A DNA stretch of 50,947 bases, taken from assembly GCA_046301955.1 (NCBI GenBank), contig JBKCJE010000055.1, positions 1 to 50,947 of the forward strand, given 5' to 3'. The notes below the pieces were generated by a model. It searched no databases. It saw nothing but the letters and a program-made list of their open reading frames with translations, and was not told where the DNA came from. Shown here piece by piece: positions 28,377 to 37,262 of this stretch. Source of the stretch: Bacteroidota bacterium. Its GTDB lineage: Bacteria; Bacteroidota; Bacteroidia; NS11-12g; UBA955. A program made the translations under genes and the position numbers. Numbering within the stretch: the first letter of the stretch is position 1; each line of letters starts with the position of its first letter.

Positions 28377-29954
28377 ATGTGGGCATCCCATCCCAAGTAT
28401 CGCATTGAATGGAATCGCAACTCGAGTGCGGCAGCCATGGCCATGGTTTTGGTGACCTTGGTGAATGTGTATTTGTCTAGCAGTATGTCGATTCCAGCAG
28501 GCGGACAAGATTCGTGGAATCACTATCTCTACGCGCGATGGGCGTGGCAACACCCCACACTTTTGCTTGATCAATGGGGCAAGCCATTCTTTACAACCTT
28601 GGCGATGCCTTTCGCCCAGTTGGGAATTGGCGCGGTGCTATTTCTCAATCATGCTTGTATCTTGGCCACAGCGTGGCTGTCGTACCTTACGGCGCGTAAA
28701 ATGGGCTTCAAAAACCCATGGATGGTCATTTTCTTATTCGCGTGGCAGCCCATTGTTTTGGCCAATGCACATTCCGTGCTTACAGAGCCATCCAATGCCT
28801 TGGTACTTGTTTGGATTTGCTATTTGTTTGCCGGAAATCGCTGGAAATGTGGTGCCGTTGTTGCGTCGTTTCTACCAGTCGTGCGAAGCGAAGGGTTTGT
28901 TCTTCTGGGTGCGATTCTTCTTTTTTTGGCCCTGAGAAATCGCTGGAAATATATGCCACTGTCGGTGGTTGGTGTGCTTTTGTATGGCATAGTGGGTGCG
29001 CTGATTAGTGGGAAATGGAACTGGCTCTTTGCCGAAAATCCCTATGTGCGACAGGAGGTTGATGGTGGGTTTGAAGCCGGACATGGTAGTTTTTGGCATT
29101 ACGCGATACACCAAAAAGAGATTATGGGAATCATCGTAGCGGCATTGTGTTTGGTTTCTTTGGTATTGGTATTGATATATGTTGCGAAGCGACTGAAACG
29201 TAAGACCCCCGCTGCGAATAGTCAGATTGCACTTTGGCTTTGGTGGCCGTTGCTCGGATTTTTCTTTTTGGCACACAGTATTTTGTGGTGGAAGGGTGCC
29301 ATGGGCTCCCATGGGCTGTTGCGTGTGTTCGTGACTGTTTCTCCGGTGATGGCGTTGCTATCGATGTATAGCTTGGATTTGATGATGCGGGTGGAAATTC
29401 AGTTTCTCAATCGTTTGCTCAAAGCGTTGGTTTCTGTGGGGATGTTTTTGCTAGCTTTTCCGGGTGCCGGTTTGCCTTATCCTTGGCAGTTGCAGGCATC
29501 CTGTGATGTGATTTATAATGGGAATAATGATGACAAGCCTGTGGCCCAAGCATTGCGTTGGATTGAACAATCGCCTGATTTCAAGGATGAAATTTTGGTT
29601 CATCAAATTCCGGCCATCAATGTGTTCAAACACTTAGATCCTTGGGGTGCAGAATCCCAGTTACATCCCATATCGGCCAATGGTGAATGGATGGATGTAA
29701 AGCCAGTGAATCAATGGCCCAACGCCAGTAAAACCCTCTCAATTTGGTCGGTGGATACCAAAGACAGTGGGGCCCAAGATTGGGTTCCGGTAGGATCGGT
29801 GATTCTTTGGGACAATTTTCACGCCCGCAGGGATGGCAACATGAATCGCGCTGCGTTGCTATCACTCAAAAACTACAAAACTGTTTACACCGCGGGATTA
29901 TCGGATGCCGATACCACCAATGATGTGATCGTCCGAGCCAAGTTGCGTCCTTAG
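28377..29954 (+). CDS. GT-C fold integral membrane glycosyltransferase (ArnT/PMT-like)
   Basis: TM1 then GGQDSWNHYLYA loop, WGKPFFT, LTEP, VRSEG, about 12 TMs and a soluble C-terminal domain. Confidence 0.65.
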   Translation: MWASHPKYRIEWNRNSSAAAMAMVLVTLVNVYLSSSMSIPAGGQDSWNHYLYARWAWQHPTLLLDQWGKPFFTTLAMPFAQLGIGAVLFLNHACILATAWLSYLTARKMGFKNPWMVIFLFAWQPIVLANAHSVLTEPSNALVLVWICYLFAGNRWKCGAVVASFLPVVRSEGFVLLGAILLFLALRNRWKYMPLSVVGVLLYGIVGALISGKWNWLFAENPYVRQEVDGGFEAGHGSFWHYAIHQKEIMGIIVAALCLVSLVLVLIYVAKRLKRKTPAANSQIALWLWWPLLGFFFLAHSILWWKGAMGSHGLLRVFVTVSPVMALLSMYSLDLMMRVEIQFLNRLLKALVSVGMFLLAFPGAGLPYPWQLQASCDVIYNGNNDDKPVAQALRWIEQSPDFKDEILVHQIPAINVFKHLDPWGAESQLHPISANGEWMDVKPVNQWPNASKTLSIWSVDTKDSGAQDWVPVGSVILWDNFHARRDGNMNRAALLSLKNYKTVYTAGLSDADTTNDVIVRAKLRP

Positions 29955-29978
29955 GCGACTGCGAATTTTCTTTTAAAA

Positions 29979-31421
29979 TTATTTGTTCCTAACTGGTTCC
30001 AAATGGGGGATCAAATCCACACAGAGTGCAGTAAAAGCCTTGTTTAGTGCGATGCAATCGCTGGTGCTGTTGCTCAGATGCGGTGTAACCCGAACACCTC
30101 GAATGACAGGATGATCGATGCCCACTGTGAAAATGCCGAATTTGTTCATTAAGGTATTGGCGAGTTCTGTGGGGGTGTATCCGCTCAATGCGGCTGTGGC
30201 TATTGCGCCGCCTCTACTGAATGGCAACAATGGCGATTGAAGTTTGAAGGAATCCATATTCGTCAAGTCTGTTACGGCATTCATGTTGGCTTGATAGAGG
30301 GGGTCGTTGAGGATGCCAAATCCTTTACCAAAATTCTCCAAGGCTTGTTTGTTGCCAATCCACAGCAATTTGAGGTAAGTAAGGCGATTGTATTTGCTGG
30401 CACTTCCCAATAATCGGTGAAATTCAATGGCTTTGGGTATGGTCTGTAGCGATTGGATAGGGCGGGTTCCCTGGTGTTCGAATTTGCGGATGTCGGTACG
30501 ATCGGCACTGATATCGCCCATGAGGGGCCAAATTTCACGAATATTTCGCTGTTTTAGGAATAAAAACCCGGCGCCAATGGGATTGCAGAGCCATTTGTGA
30601 AGGCTTCCACCGATGGCGTCGATGCCTGCGTTTCGCAATTCGGACATGTCCATTGGGGTATGGGCCAAACTGTGCGCAGCGTCAACCACAACGAATATGT
30701 TGGGGTTGATTTTCTTCGCCTCGCGGGCAATGGCTGCCACTGGGATAAGCTGTCCTGTAAGGTTGATCATGTGCGTGAGGTGCAACATTTTCGTGCGGGG
30801 GGTGATCAACGAGGTATAGGCGCGGATGATTTCAGTGTCGCTGTTGGGGTGCACTGGAACTTCTGCTACTTTAAGTCTAATAAACCAGCGGGCAACGGCC
30901 TGCTGAAAGGCTTCTACCATAGATCCATAGTCTTGGTCGCCAATAATGACCTCGTCGCCCGCTTGCCATTGGGTACCCATGATAATGATATTGAGGCTCT
31001 CAGTGGTATTGCGGGTGAATGCAACTTCTTCTGGAATTAATCCTTGAAAACCGGCAAATGCAATTCTGGCCGCTTCGATGGCTTGGGTCTGTGCCGTGCG
31101 CATGAAATGGCTGGTCTGCGTATTGATGGTGGTTTCTGCATCCTTGTGATAGCGGAGCGTGCCCTGGGGTTGGTGGCTAAAATATCCGTTTTCCAAATTG
31201 ATGAATCCTTCGGGTCGGATAAAATTGGAAGCAACCGCGCCCCAATATTTTTCATTGTGGGGCGCGTTGGAGACATCGGCCCCTTGGGGAACAGTGTATT
31301 CGGCTGATTTTTTGCCTTTGGGTGGTTTGCTGGAATCGGGGTTGCCGGCCAAGGTCTGTGGCAATAAAGCAGTACCTACCGCTGTGGCACCCAAAGACTG
31401 GATGAAATGTTTACGCTTCAC
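29979..31421 (-). CDS. Class V PLP aminotransferase/desulfurase-like enzyme with a Tat-like signal
   Basis: INLENG, TRNTTESLN, VDAAH, SLHKW (PLP Lys), FEHQGT, VRVTPH; N-terminal KRKHF + hydrophobic. Confidence 0.88.
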   Translation of the reverse strand: MKRKHFIQSLGATAVGTALLPQTLAGNPDSSKPPKGKKSAEYTVPQGADVSNAPHNEKYWGAVASNFIRPEGFINLENGYFSHQPQGTLRYHKDAETTINTQTSHFMRTAQTQAIEAARIAFAGFQGLIPEEVAFTRNTTESLNIIIMGTQWQAGDEVIIGDQDYGSMVEAFQQAVARWFIRLKVAEVPVHPNSDTEIIRAYTSLITPRTKMLHLTHMINLTGQLIPVAAIAREAKKINPNIFVVVDAAHSLAHTPMDMSELRNAGIDAIGGSLHKWLCNPIGAGFLFLKQRNIREIWPLMGDISADRTDIRKFEHQGTRPIQSLQTIPKAIEFHRLLGSASKYNRLTYLKLLWIGNKQALENFGKGFGILNDPLYQANMNAVTDLTNMDSFKLQSPLLPFSRGGAIATAALSGYTPTELANTLMNKFGIFTVGIDHPVIRGVRVTPHLSNSTSDCIALNKAFTALCVDLIPHLEPVRNK

Positions 31422-31425
31422 CCCC

Positions 31426-31433
31426 GAAAGATA
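31426..31433 (-). promoter_or_regulatory. -7-like element TATCTTTC, 4 nt before GTG 31421
   Basis: One mismatch to TAnnTTTG. Confidence 0.45.
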
Positions 31434-31445
31434 AGAAATTCTTGA

Positions 31446-33143
31446 TTAATTGGTTTTGATGTCCTGCAATCGCAACTGCAAATTCGTGCGTCCGTTGTAC
31501 GTATTCTCCTCGATGCAATAGCAAGCGTGGAAAATTTGCGCATCGGTAACGGAGGGCCAATGTTCTGCCAAGCCAAATCCAATGGAATCCATGGGGCCGT
31601 TGGGGGTTTGTACCTGCATCTTCAAGTGGCGATCCTTCAATATTTTGGCGGTTTGATTGGCTTTCAAATTGTTGCTTCGGAATACAGGAATCGAATTTCC
31701 GGGGCCGAAGGGCGAAAGTTGCTTCAGGATCTTCATCATGCCTGGTGTGATCATGGATGTTTCCATTTCCATGTCGTATTCTACCACTGGTACAAGGTCG
31801 TCCGCGGTAACAGACTCACGAACAATCGCTTCGAATTTGTCGGCAAATGCATCGAAATTCTCTACTTTAATGCTCAATCCCGCTGCGTATTTGTGTCCGC
31901 CAAACTGCTCAACCAATTCGCCACAGGCGCCGATGGCTTCATGAATGTCGAAGGTTTTGATACTGCGTGCACTGCCGGTAAGCATCCCATCGTTCAAGGA
32001 AAACACGATCGTGGGTTTATAGAATTGTTCCACCATGCGGGAGGCCACAATCCCTATGACTCCTTTCGACCAACCTTCGCCCTGCAATACCATGGAGTAT
32101 TTGCTCATAAGGCGGGGGCTGTTCTGAACCATATCTACTGCATCACGGGTGATGTCTGAGTCCAATTCTTTGCGTTCGTGGTTCCTTTCTGAGAGGACTT
32201 TTGCGTATTTCTTGGCAGTGTTATAGTCCTTTTCGATGAGCACTTTTACCGCTGCTTTGGCGTCAGCGATTCTGCCGGCGGCATTGATGCGGGGACCAAT
32301 ACCGAAGATGATGTCGGAGATGGTGTATTGCTCTTTTTTCGGACAGTCGTCTAACAAGGTTTGTAAACCGATACTAGGGTTCTCGTTGAGTTTTTTGAGT
32401 CCATAAAACGACAGTACGCGGTTTTCACCCCGGATGTCGACCAAGTCAGAAGCAATACTCACGGCCACCATGTCGAGATAGTCATAGACCATTTCGGTGG
32501 GCATGCCTTGTTTTTCGTTGTAGGCTTGAATGAGTTTGAATCCGATGCCAGCCCCTGAGAGTTCTTTGTAGGGATAGGTGCAATCACGGCGTTTTGGGTT
32601 GAGGATAGCGGCCGCTTTAGGCAGTGTATCGCCCGGTAAGTGGTGGTCGCAAATGATCATTTCCAGTCCCAGAGAATTGCCGTAATCGACCAATTCGTTT
32701 GAGCGGATACCACAATCGAGTGTGATGACCAAGGTGAATCCTTTCTCGGCAGCGTATTCAAGGCCGGCTCTACTAATGCCGTAACCTTCTTTGTAACGAT
32801 CGGGGATGTAGTATTCGATGTTTTGGTTGAACGACTTAAAATAGGAGTAGACAATGCTCACCGCTGTGGTGCCGTCAACATCGTAATCGCCATAAACCAA
32901 AATACCTTCTTGGTTGGTAACTGCCGTCTGAATTCTTTTGATGGCAACGTCCATATCCTTCATTTCGAAGGGGTTGTGCAAATCTTCAAGTTTGGGGCGA
33001 AAAAATTTCTCGGCTTTTTCGTAGGTGTCGATACCACGCTGTACCAAGATGGTGGAGATGTATGGGTTAACACGAATGCTTTCGGAGAGTTGCAAGACCT
33101 GTTCCTGATTGGGTAGAGGTTTTGCGCGCCAACGATATTCCAT
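31446..33143 (-). CDS. recJ: Single-stranded DNA exonuclease RecJ
   Basis: VYGDYDVDG, PDRYKEGYG, TLDCG, DHH, PRINAAGR, GSARS, GGHKYAAG, PFGPGN; start refined to ATG 33143. Confidence 0.97.
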   Translation of the reverse strand: MEYRWRAKPLPNQEQVLQLSESIRVNPYISTILVQRGIDTYEKAEKFFRPKLEDLHNPFEMKDMDVAIKRIQTAVTNQEGILVYGDYDVDGTTAVSIVYSYFKSFNQNIEYYIPDRYKEGYGISRAGLEYAAEKGFTLVITLDCGIRSNELVDYGNSLGLEMIICDHHLPGDTLPKAAAILNPKRRDCTYPYKELSGAGIGFKLIQAYNEKQGMPTEMVYDYLDMVAVSIASDLVDIRGENRVLSFYGLKKLNENPSIGLQTLLDDCPKKEQYTISDIIFGIGPRINAAGRIADAKAAVKVLIEKDYNTAKKYAKVLSERNHERKELDSDITRDAVDMVQNSPRLMSKYSMVLQGEGWSKGVIGIVASRMVEQFYKPTIVFSLNDGMLTGSARSIKTFDIHEAIGACGELVEQFGGHKYAAGLSIKVENFDAFADKFEAIVRESVTADDLVPVVEYDMEMETSMITPGMMKILKQLSPFGPGNSIPVFRSNNLKANQTAKILKDRHLKMQVQTPNGPMDSIGFGLAEHWPSVTDAQIFHACYCIEENTYNGRTNLQLRLQDIKTN

Positions 33144-33203
33144 AACTTTTGCAAAAATCGGCTTTTTTGAGCAGATAAACAACCCAAACTTCATCTGAAA
33201 TTG

Positions 33204-33211
33204 TATATTTG
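33204..33211 (+). promoter_or_regulatory. -7 element TATATTTG
   Basis: Exact consensus 6 nt before ATG 33218. Confidence 0.65.
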
Positions 33212-33217
33212 TTTATC

Positions 33218-34252
33218 ATGAAATCATGGATTTTTTTCGTCGTTTCGTTGTTTGCGGTTCAAGCCATCGCACAGCCTACGATAACGTCTAGTCAAATGCC
33301 GAAGTCGGGCGATACGCTGCGATATTCAAATGCATTGCCAACAGAGCTTCCGTCGAACTATGAAACTGGCGGCGCCAATATGTCGTGGGATTTTAGTGCC
33401 ATGACGCCACAAAGGCAGCAGTTGTTGAATTACCTAAGCGCCACAAAGACGCCATATTCGTTTTATTTCTTTGGGCAGATCGGACAAAAAACGGCCGATA
33501 CCATTGGTGCGGGTCCCATTACTTTAACCAATGTCTATTCATTTTACACCAACAGTAGCAAGGTGTTCAAAACAGAGGGCATCGGTTATCAATATTCTGG
33601 CTTCCCTCTGGCATCGATGTACAAGGATGAGGATGAAATTTATCAGTTTCCATTGAATTATGGAGACAAGGATACATCGACTTTCAATTTCAAGTTTAGT
33701 ATTCCGGGCGATTTGTTTGCATTGGTGCAAGATGGCACAAGATATAACGATGCGGATGGTTGGGGTACGATTAAAACACCATTCAAAGAATACACCAATG
33801 TGTTGCGTTTGCGTACCTATGTAGATGAAATTGATACGGTTACATCGCAATTTGGCAGATTTCCGCTGCCGCGCAAAACCCTTTCTTATAAATGGTTGTC
33901 GTTGAATGAACGCATTCCAGTGATGGAGGTGAGTGGAACGGTGAACGCCATTACAGGGACCTTTACACCAACCCAAGTGAGATACCGTGATGGGTTTATA
34001 GGAAGGTTGGATGCCAAAGAAGCCAACGGTATAAATCCACATTTCCAGGTATCGGTCTATCCGAATCCTGCCGTGGACATATTGCAGGTAGAGGGTGGAA
34101 TGGTTTCGGATGTTTGGGTGGCTACCGATTTGGCTGGGACGGAATTGCCAGTGGTTTGGATTGCGCCCGGGTTAATGGATGTGCGCGATTGGAAACCTGG
34201 GGTTTATACATTGCGTAATGGCCATTGCATAGTGAAGGTTTGTAAATTGTAA
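33218..34252 (+). CDS. T9SS type A sorting-domain secreted protein
   Basis: Signal peptide (AIA-Q), GANMSWDFS, DGWGTIKTP, CTD VYPNPA...PGVY. Confidence 0.85.
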   Translation: MKSWIFFVVSLFAVQAIAQPTITSSQMPKSGDTLRYSNALPTELPSNYETGGANMSWDFSAMTPQRQQLLNYLSATKTPYSFYFFGQIGQKTADTIGAGPITLTNVYSFYTNSSKVFKTEGIGYQYSGFPLASMYKDEDEIYQFPLNYGDKDTSTFNFKFSIPGDLFALVQDGTRYNDADGWGTIKTPFKEYTNVLRLRTYVDEIDTVTSQFGRFPLPRKTLSYKWLSLNERIPVMEVSGTVNAITGTFTPTQVRYRDGFIGRLDAKEANGINPHFQVSVYPNPAVDILQVEGGMVSDVWVATDLAGTELPVVWIAPGLMDVRDWKPGVYTLRNGHCIVKVCKL

Positions 34253-34272
34253 ATAATCAGTGTATAGCGAGC

Positions 34273-34300
34273 AAAAGGGGGCGGTAAGCCCCTTTTTTTT
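34273..34300 (+). terminator. Intrinsic terminator
   Basis: GGGGC-GGTAA-GCCCC stem followed by T8. Confidence 0.8.
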
Positions 34301-34303
34301 GTG

Positions 34304-34311
34304 TATCTTCG
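34304..34311 (+). promoter_or_regulatory. -7 element TATCTTCG for the pnt operon
   Basis: Near-consensus directly after the terminator, 22 nt before GTG 34334. Confidence 0.55.
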
Positions 34312-34333
34312 CTTCAAAATCTAATTAACGATT

Positions 34334-35434
34334 GTGAAAATAGCCGTCTTAAAAGAGACCCGTGTTGGAGAGAACCGTGTAGCCATTACTCCCCAGGTTG
34401 CAAAGAGTTTGATTCAAATGGGCAACGAAGTTTTGATAGAGTCGGGCGCTGGATTGGGCTCGCATTTTTCAGATGATTTGTACAAGGATGCCGGAGCGCA
34501 GGTGGTTGACCGCAGTGCGATGAAGGATGCCGCGATGTACGTTCAAATCAACATGCCCGAAGCAACTCAAGCCAAGCATTTGGCCAAAGGTAGTTTGTGG
34601 GTGAGTTTGATGTACCATCGCAGCAATGCAGATTTGATTTCTGCGTTCAATGCCGAAGGTGTTTCAGTGTTGAGTTTGGATGCCATTCCGCGGATTTCTC
34701 GTGCCCAGAGCATGGACGTGTTGAGTTCTCAAGCCAACTTGGCTGGATACCGCGCGGTGATCGAAGGCGCATATCACTTGGATAAAATTTTCCCAATGTT
34801 GATGACGGCTGCGGGAACTGTTACGCCCGCCAAGGTGTTGATTTTTGGTGTGGGTGTGGCCGGATTACAAGCCATCGCTACTGCAAAACGATTGGGTTCT
34901 GTGGTTGAAGCAACGGATGTTCGTCCGGAAACCAAAGAGCAAGTTCAATCCTTGGGTGGTAAGTTTATCGAAGTGAAAGGTGTTGAAGTGGGCTCTGAAG
35001 GCGGTTATGCCAAGGAAGCCACCGAAGAATATCGCGCAGCACAAAGAGAAGCTGTGAATAAGAGTTTGGCCCAGGCCGATTTGGTGATCACCACCGCGTT
35101 GGTCCCCGGCAGAAAAGCACCTATTTTGGTGGATGACGAGCAGTTGGGCTTGATGAAGTCGGGCTCAGTGTTGATCGATATGGCGGCCGAGCAAGGCGGA
35201 AACTGTTCTCAAACTGAAGCAGGCAAAGTGAAAGTAGTGGGTGGTGTGAAATTGGTGGGTGCAGTGAATATGCCCTCTGAGTTGAGCGCGAATGCCAGCG
35301 AGTTGTTTGCCAGAAACATATGGGAATTGTTAAAATTGATCGCCCCGAAGGGTGAGTTGATTTTGGATCGCAACGATGAAATTGTACAAGGCTGTTTGAT
35401 TTGCTCGAATGGCGAAATTTATCACAACGCATAA
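34334..35434 (+). CDS. pntAA: NAD(P) transhydrogenase alpha subunit part 1 (domain I)
   Basis: ENRVAITP, PRISRAQSMDVLSS, MTAAGT, GVGVAGLQAI, GGYAKE, TTALVPG, GGNC. Confidence 0.95.
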   Translation: MKIAVLKETRVGENRVAITPQVAKSLIQMGNEVLIESGAGLGSHFSDDLYKDAGAQVVDRSAMKDAAMYVQINMPEATQAKHLAKGSLWVSLMYHRSNADLISAFNAEGVSVLSLDAIPRISRAQSMDVLSSQANLAGYRAVIEGAYHLDKIFPMLMTAAGTVTPAKVLIFGVGVAGLQAIATAKRLGSVVEATDVRPETKEQVQSLGGKFIEVKGVEVGSEGGYAKEATEEYRAAQREAVNKSLAQADLVITTALVPGRKAPILVDDEQLGLMKSGSVLIDMAAEQGGNCSQTEAGKVKVVGGVKLVGAVNMPSELSANASELFARNIWELLKLIAPKGELILDRNDEIVQGCLICSNGEIYHNA

Positions 35435-35444
35435 TTAGAAAACG

Positions 35445-35798
35445 ATGGAAGCATTTTTTCAAGGCATTGCCGATATGATCGCGCAATACGAACAACAGAA
35501 TATTTTGAACCTTATCTACTTGGTCGTCCTGATGATCTTCGTGGGTATAGAATTGATTTCACACGTACCGAGCGTGTTGCATACGCCTTTGATGAGTGGT
35601 GCAAACGCCATCCACGGGGTGGTATTGATTGGAGCCATCATTGTGATGGGCAATGCATCGCCAGACGATACACTTTCATTGGTGTTTGGTACATTGGCGG
35701 TATTTGTGGGAACCCTGAACGTAATTGGGGGTTTTGTGGTAACCGATCGCATGTTGGAAATGTTTAAGAAGAAGCCGAAAGGAGAAAAAGCATCATGA
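35445..35798 (+). CDS. pntAB: NAD(P) transhydrogenase alpha subunit part 2 (membrane)
   Basis: LHTPLMSGANAI, NVIGGFVVTDRMLEMF. Confidence 0.95.
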   Translation: MEAFFQGIADMIAQYEQQNILNLIYLVVLMIFVGIELISHVPSVLHTPLMSGANAIHGVVLIGAIIVMGNASPDDTLSLVFGTLAVFVGTLNVIGGFVVTDRMLEMFKKKPKGEKAS

Positions 35799-37222
35799 TG
35801 CCGTATATGGAAATTGGATACCTCGTGGGCTCGGTGAGCTTCGTGGTGGGATTGAAAATGATGGGACAGCCAGATTCTGCTCGCAAGGGTAATTTGGTGG
35901 CCGCATTTGGAATGGCGATGGCGGTGATTGCCGCTTTGTTTTTCAATGCCAAAGGATTTCATGTGATCAACAATTTGACCTACATCATGGCTGCAATTGT
36001 GGCGGGAACAGTGGTTGGAACCTTGATGGCCAAGCGTGTTCAGATGACCGCGATGCCTGAAATGGTGAGTTTATTCAATGGTATGGGTGGTTTGAGCGCT
36101 GCGTTGATTTCGATCATCGAATGGCGTCATTTGTTGCATGAGGCAACCAGTCCTGAAGCGATGACCAATGCACCGGCCGTAAGCATGGGGATGTATATCC
36201 CTGTTATTGCGGGTTTGATTATAGGAACCATCTCTTTTGTGGGTTCTATCGTTGCATGGGGTAAGTTGAATGGCAAAATTGGCGACTTCCGTTTTCCATC
36301 GCAGCAAATCATCAACGCGGTGGTGTTGGTGGCTATTTTGGGTGTTGCTTACTTGAATTATGGTGAGTTTAATGCAACCCAATCTTCTTTGTACTTTTAC
36401 GTAACCATTGGCTTGGCCATTGTATACGGGTTGTTATTTGTGTTCCCTATTGGCGGGGCCGATATGCCTGTGGTTATCTCTTTGTTGAACTCGTTTACAG
36501 GTGTGGCTGCTGCTTGTGGTGGTTTCTTGTACGAGAACAAAGTGATGTTGATGGGTGGTGTGCTTGTAGGTTCTGCGGGTACCATTTTGACCGTTGTGAT
36601 GTGTAAAGCGATGAATCGCTCATTGATGAATGTGTTGATTGGTATGGCCGGTGGAAACGGTGGTGGAAGCAGCACCAGTTCCTCGGGTGGTTCTGTTCGC
36701 GAAGTGCAGGGCACCGATGTGGCGATCATGATGAAGTATGCATCGAAGGTGATCATCGTTCCTGGTTATGGTTTGGCGGTAGCACAGGCCCAACACGTTT
36801 GTCACGAATTGGAGAATTTGTTGGAGGCAGAGGGCGTAGAAGTGAAATATGCCATTCACCCGGTTGCGGGTCGTATGCCAGGTCACATGAACGTGCTGTT
36901 GGCTGAATCCAATGTGGAATACGATAAATTGATCGAGATGGAGCACATCAATCCTGAATTTGCGACAACCGATGTGGTTTTGGTGGTGGGTGCAAACGAC
37001 GTGGTTAATCCTGCGGCGAAAACCGATCCAACCAGCCCGATTTATGGTATGCCTATTTTGGATGTGGATCAGGCCAAGCAAATCATCGTATTGAAGCGAA
37101 GCATGAAAGCCGGTTACGCGGGTATTGAAAATGAATTGTTCTTCCACCCCAAATGTGGAATGCTTTTCGGTGATGCCAAAGCTAGCTTACAAAAATTGGT
37201 GAATGAAGTGAAGGCTTTGTAA
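35795..37222 (+). CDS. pntB: NAD(P) transhydrogenase beta subunit
   Basis: MTAMPEMV, IGGADMPVVISLLNS, PGYGLAVAQAQH, HPVAGRMPGHMNVLLAE, GANDVVNP. Confidence 0.97.
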   Translation: MMPYMEIGYLVGSVSFVVGLKMMGQPDSARKGNLVAAFGMAMAVIAALFFNAKGFHVINNLTYIMAAIVAGTVVGTLMAKRVQMTAMPEMVSLFNGMGGLSAALISIIEWRHLLHEATSPEAMTNAPAVSMGMYIPVIAGLIIGTISFVGSIVAWGKLNGKIGDFRFPSQQIINAVVLVAILGVAYLNYGEFNATQSSLYFYVTIGLAIVYGLLFVFPIGGADMPVVISLLNSFTGVAAACGGFLYENKVMLMGGVLVGSAGTILTVVMCKAMNRSLMNVLIGMAGGNGGGSSTSSSGGSVREVQGTDVAIMMKYASKVIIVPGYGLAVAQAQHVCHELENLLEAEGVEVKYAIHPVAGRMPGHMNVLLAESNVEYDKLIEMEHINPEFATTDVVLVVGANDVVNPAAKTDPTSPIYGMPILDVDQAKQIIVLKRSMKAGYAGIENELFFHPKCGMLFGDAKASLQKLVNEVKAL

Positions 37223-37262
37223 TCAAGCTCAATGATCATTTACCCAACTTAAATAATGCAAA

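Noticed and set aside
34334-37222. pntA in two pieces as a frameshift or pseudogene
   Set aside because: The three-gene pntAA-pntAB-pntB layout is a known natural form and both parts are intact.
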